Below, piece after piece: positions 8,764 to 18,300 of a stretch of 64,000 nucleotides of DNA; the first letter of the stretch is position 1; the number at the start of each line of letters is the position of its first letter. The notes below the pieces were generated by a model. That model worked only from the letters and a program-made list of their open reading frames with translations, was not told the DNA's origin and did no database searches. The stretch lies in IMG/VR virus record IMGVR_UViG_3300049063_000065, positions 307-64,306 of that record; one strand, 5' to 3'. The translations under genes and the position numbers were made by a program. This DNA comes from a virus.

Positions 8764-9813
8764 ATGAGATCACTAATCCCCGTAGTTGAGGAATTATCGC
8801 CTCCCTCTCTTACCGTGGTGGCGCAAACAATCTCGGCGAACGATTCCGGGCGGCTGCGATGGTCTACCTTCTTTCCTCGACAGGACGTGGACTCGGTAGA
8901 TTTACGTGAAGTAACGACGATTGACTTCCGTCCAACTTCGGATCGACGCGAATGGAACTCTCGGGGCCGCTTGATTCCCGATAAGACCCCGCCGACCCGC
9001 GAACTCTCAATCATTCCTGTGGAAGGTTATTACAAGTGGAATGAGTATGAGATGCAGAAACTGGCGGAGCGCGCGGCAGCGAACTCTGAAGTGATCGATC
9101 AAATCATTGGACGTTCCATTCCCGGCAAGGTGGCGCAGATCGTGGAAGCGAATTATCGCCGCATCGAAGTTGACGCCTTCACCGCCTGGGCTACCGGAAC
9201 CAATGTGGCAATGAACCCGCAAACGGGGCAGACTACCGTGTTCAGTTTCGGTTTCCCGGCGGATCGCCTAACCACTGCTGGCACGGCATGGGATGATCCC
9301 AGTCAGAACGCCTACGATCTCTTGATTAGCTTCCTTGAGGACGCGATTGACAAGGTTGGTCCAGTGGTAGGCGTCGTGCTCAGGACCGCGCTGCATCGCG
9401 CCATCCACGCCGATGCGCCAAATGGGCCGCTCGGAACAATTATCCCACGCGGGCGAATTGCCGAACAGGTCAGCGACGACCTCGGTATCCCCTTCAACTT
9501 CTTCCTGTTCGACGACACGCTCGAAGTATTTACCGACGGCGGCACCGCTACCGTTCCGGCGAATGTTTGGCCTGCTGGCTACATCGCGGCGGTTCCATCA
9601 GGCGGTGTAGTCGGGCGCACTGCTTTCGCTCCCGTGAAGCGTGCAATGGAAATGGTCAGGTCGCTGCCGAAGGCCGGAATCGATCAGCGCGGACAGACGG
9701 TGTACTACGATGAGGCCGTGATGGGCCGAGATCTAACCGTGGAAGTACAGGTCAATCCGTTGACGATTCCCAACGAGCAAAAACTTCGCGTCGAGAACAC
9801 GTTGGTTACATAG
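8764..9813 (+). CDS. Major capsid protein (lambda gpE-like, HK97 fold)
   Basis: 349 aa; FFPRQDV, RRIEVDAFTAWATG, AGTAWDD; syntenic position; SD aaggag. Confidence 0.8.
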   Translation: MRSLIPVVEELSPPSLTVVAQTISANDSGRLRWSTFFPRQDVDSVDLREVTTIDFRPTSDRREWNSRGRLIPDKTPPTRELSIIPVEGYYKWNEYEMQKLAERAAANSEVIDQIIGRSIPGKVAQIVEANYRRIEVDAFTAWATGTNVAMNPQTGQTTVFSFGFPADRLTTAGTAWDDPSQNAYDLLISFLEDAIDKVGPVVGVVLRTALHRAIHADAPNGPLGTIIPRGRIAEQVSDDLGIPFNFFLFDDTLEVFTDGGTATVPANVWPAGYIAAVPSGGVVGRTAFAPVKRAMEMVRSLPKAGIDQRGQTVYYDEAVMGRDLTVEVQVNPLTIPNEQKLRVENTLVT

Positions 9814-9824
9814 GAGATTATTCG

Positions 9825-10037
9825 ATGGCTAAAGATGATCGAGAAATTATCCACGGAATCCGCGTGATGCTTCCGAGTGCTGAAGGACGCAGAACCCCGC
9901 AGTCGAAAACTCTTGTGTCAGGCATGGAAGACGAACTTGCCGCCGCCTTCACGCAGAAGGAACTGAACGCGATGAAAGACCGCGGCGATATCACCGGCAC
10001 GTGGAAGTCGACCAAGAATGCGAAGACTGAGAAGTAG
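9825..10037 (+). CDS. Small head-associated protein
   Basis: 70 aa after the capsid gene; SD aggag. Confidence 0.6.
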   Translation: MAKDDREIIHGIRVMLPSAEGRRTPQSKTLVSGMEDELAAAFTQKELNAMKDRGDITGTWKSTKNAKTEK

Positions 10038-10083
10038 CTGAGTAGGGTTACGGAACCCGTTTGCTGGAAAGCGAGGACGCTAC

Positions 10084-10503
10084 ATGTGGTTTAAGAAAGT
10101 CAACAATCGACTCCTGAGACTGTTCAGTAATAACGGTCGCACTTATGGTGCGTTTCAGTTTGGGATTGACGCCGGTGGGAAGCCTATCGTCATTGGGATG
10201 GATTCGGAATTAGTGCTGGACACCTTATTCACCAACGGCTCCGCGTCGGGCTACGGCAAAGGGTCAATTGCAATGATGCGCGCCGGAGGGATTCGCGTTG
10301 TTGACGCCGACGGTCTCTGGCAGACACCGACCATCACCACCGTGAGTCAGAGTGCGTCGCCGTCAAGCTCCGTGTCGCCCAGCGCGTCGTTATCACCTAG
10401 CGCTTCAGCTTCCTTGAGCGCTTCGCCAAGCGCGAGCGTGTCGCTATCGCCGTCGCCAAGCGCATCAGCATCACCCAGTTCATCGGCAAGTCCGAGCGTG
10501 TAG
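10084..10503 (+). CDS. Virion-module protein with 52-aa C-terminal (Ser-X)n tract
   Basis: Ends SQSASPSSSVSPSAS...ASPSV; SD gagg. Confidence 0.7.
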   Translation: MWFKKVNNRLLRLFSNNGRTYGAFQFGIDAGGKPIVIGMDSELVLDTLFTNGSASGYGKGSIAMMRAGGIRVVDADGLWQTPTITTVSQSASPSSSVSPSASLSPSASASLSASPSASVSLSPSPSASASPSSSASPSV

Positions 10504-10515
10504 TGGAGGTGATAG

Positions 10516-10848
10516 ATGCCTTCTCCTACGCCAACCGACGAGGACGTTACCGATGTTCGTGAAGTTACCGGCGAAATCAGTCGCACTATAATCACCACGC
10601 TCATTGACAACTTAAATAACGCCGAATGGGGACGGGCACTGGATCTCGTCACTGCATGGCGTGAAATTACTCCGGGGGATCTACTCAGTCTGGAAGGTGG
10701 CCGCGATGGCGTCCGGCTCAGCGACCAGGAGGGACTGGATGATATTCGTCGTCGAATGCGTCTCCTCTTAGGACTACCCGAATTGAGAGACGCCGACATT
10801 ACAGGCACAGTAGCGTCAACCAGCGTGCCGGTGCTGTGGGTGTATTGA
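10516..10848 (+). CDS. Putative head-tail adaptor
   Basis: 110 aa helical protein in the connector position; SD ggaggt. Confidence 0.5.
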   Translation: MPSPTPTDEDVTDVREVTGEISRTIITTLIDNLNNAEWGRALDLVTAWREITPGDLLSLEGGRDGVRLSDQEGLDDIRRRMRLLLGLPELRDADITGTVASTSVPVLWVY

Positions 10849-10849
10849 G

Positions 10850-11215
10850 ATGGCTGAACGAGGGACGAAGATAGCGCGAGCGCTGGGTCGCAGTTACGAT
10901 AAGCTCAGATCGATATTTCTCAGTGATGTTTGCTTGAAACTATACAGCGTCACGCAGCCGCCATACGCGACCCCGATTGCCACCTATGACTCGCACTGGT
11001 ATTTGGATAAACGCGAGTACTCGGAACTGGTGACAGGGAAACGATACTTGCTATTGAAGGTAGTGGACGTGGAAGGTTGCCGATTGCAAAAATTGAGAGA
11101 CATGACCGCCGTGCAGGTAGGTGACATGGTATTCAAAGTGATCACGAAGCCAAACTTTACCGGCAGTGTTCCAGCGTGGGAGTTCAAGCTCAGTCCGACA
11201 GGAGAGCGAGTCTAA
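10850..11215 (+). CDS. Putative head closure protein
   Basis: 121 aa beta-rich protein; synteny. Confidence 0.45.
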   Translation: MAERGTKIARALGRSYDKLRSIFLSDVCLKLYSVTQPPYATPIATYDSHWYLDKREYSELVTGKRYLLLKVVDVEGCRLQKLRDMTAVQVGDMVFKVITKPNFTGSVPAWEFKLSPTGERV

Positions 11216-11650
11216 ATGTCCGATCTGGTAACACTACGACTTAGTCCGATATTCAGCGACTTACGCCAGCGAGTCGAAGGGCTGCGTGATGAAATCTTAG
11301 CGAGCGGACGCACGATCCTGCGCCGTGAATACGCGCTTAGTGTCCATCAGCGTTTCTTCCACACTGGCGCAGGTTTGCAATCCACAACGGAAGAGACAGT
11401 TGAGAGCGGTAATCGAAAGACCTATCGCCTGCGTCCGACAGCGTTCTATATGATCTTCGGCGAGTACGGCACTGGCAGGCGAGGCGCAGCGACGGGTAGA
11501 CCAGCGCCGAGAGGTTATCGCTATGGCGACAGGCCCGGAATGACGGCGCGCAGGTTCGGTCGCATTGCAGTGGCAGTAGCAGCGCCGCAGGTAAGGGATA
11601 TGGCGGTATTGAAAGCGAGACGATTTGCGCAGCACGTGACAGTGAACTGA
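11216..11650 (+). CDS. HK97 gp10-like tail completion protein
   Basis: TGAGLQS...YMIFGEYGTG...PGMTARRF pattern. Confidence 0.7.
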   Translation: MSDLVTLRLSPIFSDLRQRVEGLRDEILASGRTILRREYALSVHQRFFHTGAGLQSTTEETVESGNRKTYRLRPTAFYMIFGEYGTGRRGAATGRPAPRGYRYGDRPGMTARRFGRIAVAVAAPQVRDMAVLKARRFAQHVTVN

Positions 11651-11659
11651 GGCAGTAAT

Positions 11660-12238
11660 GTGGCAACTCCACCAACAGCGAATCAGATCAAGACGCAGCT
11701 CGTCGCATTACTGACTCCTGTAATCGCCACTTCGGGAACGAAGAAGGCCAAGATCCTTGACTACTTGCCGCTCGCGTACTTACTACCGGAAGGTGAAGAT
11801 CCGACAGTGCTGAGATCGTCACTCGACGTTGCCACGCTGACTAATGGAACGGAACAACGGATCAATTGCCTGATGATTACTGAGTTGGGATTTGACCAGT
11901 CGCCGCCGCAGTCAGACAGCACGCGATTAATCACCGAGGCGCGCGGACGGAACACTATCACGAGAAGGTTCGGTCTCGCCTACGCTTACCAGTTTGGAAA
12001 CGGCAGCGAGGCGATCTTTAGCACGAACGTGGAATTGATTAGAACGACATTGAACGCTAACCCTAAACTCGGATTCGCCACCACTACTGCCGGACTAGCC
12101 GGACAGGGCGCGTTCATTAAGGACCACGGCGGTTTGCAAATGCCGTCAATGCTGCCCGTGCCGCTTAGTGGAGTTATTTGCCACGCAGCCGAGGGAACGC
12201 TCGCGGTAAGGGTAATCGAACCACTGGAACAGCAATGA
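11660..12238 (+). CDS. Putative tail terminator
   Basis: 192 aa between the gp10-like gene and the tail tube gene. Confidence 0.45.
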   Translation: MATPPTANQIKTQLVALLTPVIATSGTKKAKILDYLPLAYLLPEGEDPTVLRSSLDVATLTNGTEQRINCLMITELGFDQSPPQSDSTRLITEARGRNTITRRFGLAYAYQFGNGSEAIFSTNVELIRTTLNANPKLGFATTTAGLAGQGAFIKDHGGLQMPSMLPVPLSGVICHAAEGTLAVRVIEPLEQQ

Positions 12239-12831
12239 AGTTAAGCGAAGCAATCAGACACGGCGCATCCCTGCGACCGGAATCGCCACACAACGGCAGT
12301 GGTGATCGATTCTCCCGTATCGCCAACACCGGCGAACTGCGGAGCGACGCCTGGGGCGCGGCGTGTGAAGCGGTCCAACCCGCCGTCGCCAGCTTCAACT
12401 GGAACCATCGCGATCCCTTTAAGTACGCATCGGCCAAAGACGCACTTTGCGCCATTCAGGACCAATACTTTGAGCGCTACTGGCAGCTACCTGCCCAGTG
12501 CCCCGGCAGCGAGCAGCGCTTTCTCAAAGTCGGTGGTCGGGTAATCCGGCAAGACGGCCATGAAACGCTCAAGACTTATGACGATTACGCGGTCTCGGAA
12601 GACATGGGCGGCGTGACCAGTGAGTGCGATCGTGTGCAACACCTCGCAGGCATGGTGGACCATCTCTATTACATGCACGGCTGGTCACGGGAGAAGATTG
12701 CAAACGCAGTTCAGTCCTATGAGGACATGCGTTCAGCAGCAGCTATCGTGCAAAACTTCAGTCACGTTTCAGCAGCGCAGGACAAATACGTTAAAACGAT
12801 TATCACAGCAGCAGCGAGTCAGCGTGGTTAA
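12235..12831 (+). CDS. Hypothetical phage protein (MKLSEAIRHGA...)
   Basis: ATG 12235 overlaps the upstream TGA. Confidence 0.65.
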   Translation: MKLSEAIRHGASLRPESPHNGSGDRFSRIANTGELRSDAWGAACEAVQPAVASFNWNHRDPFKYASAKDALCAIQDQYFERYWQLPAQCPGSEQRFLKVGGRVIRQDGHETLKTYDDYAVSEDMGGVTSECDRVQHLAGMVDHLYYMHGWSREKIANAVQSYEDMRSAAAIVQNFSHVSAAQDKYVKTIITAAASQRG

Positions 12832-13450
12832 CTACAAGTCGAGCAGTTTCGAGAAATTCTTCCCGCGTGGAGTCCCACTTCATGCAGTTGACTTTCCGTG
12901 TTACCCATTCGGTATTAGCCGGATCATGACGGAGTTCAGGGAAGCGGGAAATTGGCAGAATATGGTCAAGCGAGTCGTTGACGCCCAGTACGATCAGTTC
13001 GCCAGTGTAGGCGCAGCGATAGTTCTGCGACTTCAGTTTTTCGCCGATCAACTCGCCGTGCTTGGCGGTTCTCAGGCAGTCGGTGGAAGTTTTTCTAAAG
13101 TAACAAGGTTCGCAAAGGGAATCGCAGCGATTTTTCATCGACGGAAGGCAGGGCCGCTTACCGCAACGGTTACACAATCCCGCGTCTCGCATTCGCTGCT
13201 TCCACTCAGTAGTCGCTTTAACGAGCCTTGTTCGACAAGTAGTACAATAGACAAAGCCCTCGCAGGAAGGCTTACTACACAGGGTACACAGCCCTTTTGC
13301 TTTCAGGTTGTAGTAACGTCTAAGGTTCTGTTTTCTCTGCTTGGCCCTGTATCGCTCAGGGTGTTTAGTTCGCCATCTCTTTTGTGCTTCACGACTTTTC
13401 GCACGAGTCTCCTCGGACGTTTTGAACTGGGGTACAATTTGGTCAGCCAC
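12803..13450 (-). CDS. HNH endonuclease with Cys-rich Zn-finger repeats
   Basis: RCAYTG...SLDHILPISR...ANTEWVTRKVNCMK; GLCTLC and GLCNRC repeats; SD aggagagg before GTG. Confidence 0.85.
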   Translation of the reverse strand: MADQIVPQFKTSEETRAKSREAQKRWRTKHPERYRAKQRKQNLRRYYNLKAKGLCTLCSKPSCEGFVYCTTCRTRLVKATTEWKQRMRDAGLCNRCGKRPCLPSMKNRCDSLCEPCYFRKTSTDCLRTAKHGELIGEKLKSQNYRCAYTGELIVLGVNDSLDHILPISRFPELRHDPANTEWVTRKVNCMKWDSTREEFLETARLVVNHADSLLL

Positions 13451-13592
13451 GGCGTGAACCTCTCCTGTAGGTTTGCAAAATGGTTAGGCTCTCTCGGGTG
13501 TCTTAACCACCTGGGCGAGCCGTCTCAATTTTACTACCTAACGCCCCGTTCCGCTATGGAAATGGCGTTTAACAATGATTGGGAGGTGTTAA

Positions 13593-14456
13593 ATGTCGTT
13601 GTTTAGTGGACAAGGCCCTGGATTATGGAGCAACCGCAACACCAGCGGCAACCCAACTGAGTTTGTCTGGTTTGGCAACATCCCCGAGTTCACGCTGGGC
13701 CTCGCCTCCGACACGCTCACGCATAAGGAATCGTACACCGGACGCCGCACTACCGATGCGCGCATTATCACTGAGCTAACCGCGACCGTGGCGATTACGG
13801 TGGATGACTTCCGTGAGACCAACGTCGAGCTGGCGACTTACGGTTCGGCGTCTCAGGTGGCTACAGTCACGCTGACAGACGCGCCAGTTATCGCCGGAGC
13901 GCCGATTGTCGGCGAGCGCTATACCTCGACAACGTTGATTACTGGTCGCATCACTGGCGCAGTTGTCAAGTCAGCAGGCACGCCAGTCACCACTTCCTTC
14001 TACAGCGTGGATCAATCCGGCGTGATCGTTTTCACGGATGTCACCGGCCTCGCTGGCCCGATTACCCTGAGCGGCACAGTCGCGGCAGCGCGGCAAATCG
14101 GCGTATTCAAAAACGCAGCCCCGGAAGTCCACGTCCGGCTGGTCAACTTCAACACCGCAGCGTCGGTCATCGTCGGCGGTCAGTCAGACTTCGAGCGTAC
14201 GATAGTTGATGTGTTCAAGGTGCGGCTTGATCCGGCAGAGAACTTCAATCTCATCAACGATGAGTTTGGCCAACTAGTGCTCAACGGCTCAGCGCTGGTG
14301 GATACGACAAAATCAGAAGCCGGACCTACGGGCCAGTTCGCGCGCTTCATCTATCTCGACCCGCCGGTGCAGGCAGTGCCGTCACCGTCAGTCAGTCCGT
14401 CACTGTCGCCGTCGGCCTCAGTTTCACCTTCGGCTTCAGCGTCGCCGTCAGCCTAG
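13593..14456 (+). CDS. Major tail tube protein with C-terminal (Ser-X)n tail
   Basis: FSGQG...GNIPEFTL...HKESYTGRR...LINDEFGQLVLNG tail-tube pattern; ends PSPSVSPSLSPSASVSPSASASPSA. Confidence 0.8.
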   Translation: MSLFSGQGPGLWSNRNTSGNPTEFVWFGNIPEFTLGLASDTLTHKESYTGRRTTDARIITELTATVAITVDDFRETNVELATYGSASQVATVTLTDAPVIAGAPIVGERYTSTTLITGRITGAVVKSAGTPVTTSFYSVDQSGVIVFTDVTGLAGPITLSGTVAAARQIGVFKNAAPEVHVRLVNFNTAASVIVGGQSDFERTIVDVFKVRLDPAENFNLINDEFGQLVLNGSALVDTTKSEAGPTGQFARFIYLDPPVQAVPSPSVSPSLSPSASVSPSASASPSA

Positions 14457-14464
14457 GAGAACGC

Positions 14465-14965
14465 ATGGATAACCAGCCTCAACTGCCTCGGATTACCAAT
14501 CTGCCAGAGACCGTCAAAGCTTTTACTGGCGAGAACGGCAAGAAGCGTGAGTACCAGATTCGCAGGTTTAATCTGGGGCAGTTGGCGCAAGCGCTGGAGT
14601 GGGCCGGATTTATTGGCGTTCTCGTAGTGCAGGCGATGAAGCTAGGGACCAAGCCGAACGAGGAAGACCTGATCAGCTTCGTGGCCCAGGGCGTCGGAGT
14701 CTCCAGTCCCGCCTTCCTACCAATAGTCAGCATAGCCACGCAGGAGCCTCTGGAATGGCTCAGCGAGCGAGACCAACCGGAAGACCTGGCCGACGCAGTA
14801 GGAATCTTCGTCAAGGCGGTGGTCAAGAACCGCGATTTTTTTACCCCAGCCAATCTCGAACGGTTCAAGGCCATGTTCGCCGAGTTAGCGCCCGAAATCC
14901 CGACCAGTGGTGGGCCATCGTCGACGATCTCATCTACCGAGGACACGATTACGACACCATCGTAA
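14465..14965 (+). CDS. Tail assembly chaperone (gpG-like)
   Basis: Between tail tube and tape measure; VVKNRDFF motif. Confidence 0.7.
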   Translation: MDNQPQLPRITNLPETVKAFTGENGKKREYQIRRFNLGQLAQALEWAGFIGVLVVQAMKLGTKPNEEDLISFVAQGVGVSSPAFLPIVSIATQEPLEWLSERDQPEDLADAVGIFVKAVVKNRDFFTPANLERFKAMFAELAPEIPTSGGPSSTISSTEDTITTPS

Positions 14966-15360
14966 ACGTCTACACGCTGGAACATATCAACCGCTTCATC
15001 CGGGCGATAGACCAGCGCGAGCGGAACGATCGCATCAACCGCATCTACGAATACCGCGTTGCCCAGCTCGACAACGATGGGTACAAAAAGGAGATCCAGC
15101 GTCTCCGGCAATTCAATCGCGTAATAGATCAGCAGCACGCGCAGGTTGAAGGTCGCGCTCCCTCGCGTCTCCGTGGGCCAATGACGCCCGAGGAGCAGCG
15201 CCTATTAGACCTTCAGGCGCACTTCCAGTTCAAAGACCTCTCCCCGCAAGAGCAACAGAAGATTGAAAGCGACATATCCGATATGTGGCGGCAGATTCCC
15301 GTTCATTTACACGAGAAGGCGAAAGACATAAAGGGCTGGAAACAGGTTCACGGTGGCTGA
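14836..15360 (+). CDS. Tail assembly chaperone gpT-like segment, probably expressed by -1 frameshift
   Basis: Open -1 frame with WWAIVDDLIYRGH...YTLEHI and no good start of its own; T7 run at 14836-14842. Confidence 0.55.
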   Translation, partial: FFYPSQSRTVQGHVRRVSARNPDQWWAIVDDLIYRGHDYDTIVNVYTLEHINRFIRAIDQRERNDRINRIYEYRVAQLDNDGYKKEIQRLRQFNRVIDQQHAQVEGRAPSRLRGPMTPEEQRLLDLQAHFQFKDLSPQEQQKIESDISDMWRQIPVHLHEKAKDIKGWKQVHGG

Positions 15361-18300
15361 CAACCAAACAACCTTAACTATTAACATTGACACCCTGCTA
15401 CGCGGGCTGGAGAAGACCCTGCGTGGCTTGAAACAGGTCGAGCAGCAACTCAAACGTACTGCTGGATTAGCTGGTGGAACGCAAGCCGCCACGGGGATTA
15501 ATCGCGCATCGGCAGCGACTCAGCGACTTCAACTACAACAGCAACGAGCGGCTATTAGCGCCCAGCGTCTCGCTCAGCAACAACAGGCGCTTGGTATTCG
15601 CGCTCAGCAATTAAGCAACGCACAGACCCGCGCAACGCAAACCACCCAGCGGCTACAGTTGGCCCAGCAGCGACTAAACACCGCAGCAGCCACTACCAGT
15701 CGGCAACTAGGCCAGCAGGCCGACGCGCACGTTAAGACATTTCGAGCTATTGAACGAGCCGGTCAACAAGCCACTCAGCGTATTCTCGGCGTCGGCAACG
15801 CTCTCCGTAGCGTCGGTCAAGGACTGGCATCACTGGGCGCAACTTTAAGCGTGACTATTACCGCTCCTTTAGCTGCTGTCGGAGCCGCCTCAGTAGACGC
15901 CGCCGTGCGGATGGATTCGCTTAAACGTGGACTCGCGGCCATTGTCGGTTCAACTGATGAGGCTAATCGTCAACTCGCCCGGTTAACGCAGATCGCCAAG
16001 CTTCCCGGCATCGGGTTCGAGGAGGCGATTCAAGGATCGATTCGCCTGCAAGCGGTGGGATTCAGCGCTAAGGAAGCGGAGACAAGTCTACGTCAGTTCG
16101 CGAATGCTGTTGCGCTTACTGGAGGGGGACGCGATGAGCTAAATCGCATTACGGTGCAGTTGGGTCAACTTGCTGCCAAAGGTAAGGTGTTATCACAGGA
16201 TCTCCGTCCGATTATCGAATCAGCGCCCGCTGTGGGACGCGCATTACTACAGGCGTTCGGTACCGTGAATGCTGACGATATTCAGGATCTCGGCCTTACT
16301 ACTAAACAATTCCTCGGCATCCTCACCGATGAACTGGAACGCCTGCCCCGCGCGGCGGCGGGAGCAAAGAACTCGTTTGAGAACTTCCGTGATGAGGTGT
16401 TTCGCGCGGCGGCGGCGGTGGGTGAGGCGCTCCTGCCTAGTCTTATTCGATTAGTAGAAGTAGTTGGTCCAATCATTACCCGCTTGGCCGAGGGGTTCGC
16501 GCGACTGCCCGGCCCGGTACGAGCGGTAGTGATCGGCGTCGGTCTGCTACTTGCCGCGCTTGGCCCAGTGGCTTTTGTAGTAGGCCAGCTTACTTTAGGC
16601 GTGGGCCGCTTGCTGGTGGGATTAATTGAACTGAACGTGGCAGGAATTATTCCCAGTATCGCCGCCATGCGAGCATACGCAGTAGCCGCGCTGAACGCCG
16701 CTGCCGCCTCCAATACTTTTACCGCATCTTTGGCTATCGGCGGTGGTCTCGGTCTCTTCGTTGCGACACTGGCAGCGGGAGCGGCTGCTATAGCGATCTA
16801 TAACGCCTTCCAGAAAGACGCCATCACGATCAGTAAGGAGCACGCGGAAAAGATTAACGACGAGGTTAAGGCGCTGGAGGAGCAGGCTAAGTTTCTCGGC
16901 GGATTAGAAGCGGGAGTTGAACGCACCGCCGACGAGCAGCAGCGACTCTCCGACATCTACGACAAACTCAACACGCAAGCCAAGATTCGAGTATCGGGCA
17001 TTACCGACGAAGAAAAGCGACTGATTGCACTGCGAGCCGAACTGGAGAAAGTGATCGAACTCCGTGGTCAGGAGCGTATCCAGCAGGCCGCCAACGTAGC
17101 CGCACAGATTGCCGCCAGCGCCGCGATTGTCGCTGCTAATGAACAGGGCAGACTGTCGATAGCTGGACGGATCGCCGCAAATAACGCGCTGGTTGAAACA
17201 CTGGAGCGCGAAGGGAGAATTACCGACGTCACGCGGCGCGAACTGGAGCGGTTAGGTCAAAGCACCTCCGTTGACGTCGTGAGAGCTATTCAAAACCTGC
17301 AAGAGCAGTCAGCGCGGCTAGTGGACCGACAGGAAGAGTTATCGGACAACACTAAGGAAACGCGAGAGGAAATGAGCGACTACCTCGCTACCCTGCGCGT
17401 TCTCGATCCGCAGCACCATCTAACCGCTCGTCAGCTTCTTATCCTCGCTAAGAATATGGGCCGGTTTAAAGGCGACGTCGAGCAAATGGTGCCGGTACTG
17501 GAAGCGTACATCAAAAAGACCGACGAAGCCACGAAGTCTACTGACGCCTTTAATCGTTCACTGAGCGAGAACGAGCGACAATTGAATGCGGCAGGCGATA
17601 AGGCCGAGCGAGCAGCAAAGGCGCGACAGGAACTCATTCAATCAGCGGCAGCAGTAGCCCGTGAAACCAGTGTCGATTTCGAGGGAGCGTTAAAGTCGCT
17701 ACGGCAGATGATTGAAGCGGTGCCGGAACTACGACAGACAGTGGAGCGGGAACGGCAGTTACAAGGTAAGTCGCTGGCTGATTTCCTGCATGATCAGTTA
17801 GAGACCGCCTTCAAGGGACGCGCTAAGGACAAGTCCGGCACTACTTTACGTAACGCTCAGGAGCAGCTGGCGAAGACCTTAGCCGAGGTCGCGCTAGCCT
17901 CTGCCGAGCAGCAAGGAATAATCGAGAAACAGAAGAATGATCGGTTGCTACAGGAGAACGAGAACGCCTTCCGTCTTAACCTCCGTTCCCTGCACCTGTA
18001 CCTGTCTCAACGCGCTGCGCTACTAAAAGATAACCTGCAACTGGAGATCAATGACCAGAAAGCACTGGTCGATGCGGCGATCGCCGAGCAGCAGCGTTTC
18101 CTCGCTCGGGCGGGCCAGGCGGGCATTCCCGCAACTGAAAAAATCAAGGCGCAGGCAGGCGCGAAGACCGCTGAAGAGAAGGCTATCAAAGCTCAGACTA
18201 AGATACTGGAACTGACTGACAAACAGCGGCAGGCGGACGCTGAAGCGAGTCAGGAATTAGCCGAGCACAGTCGGCGACAGCAGGCCGATTTACGACAACT

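Noticed and set aside
12620-13606. 328-aa plus-strand ORF
   Set aside because: Antisense shadow of the HNH gene, which has clear motifs and an SD.
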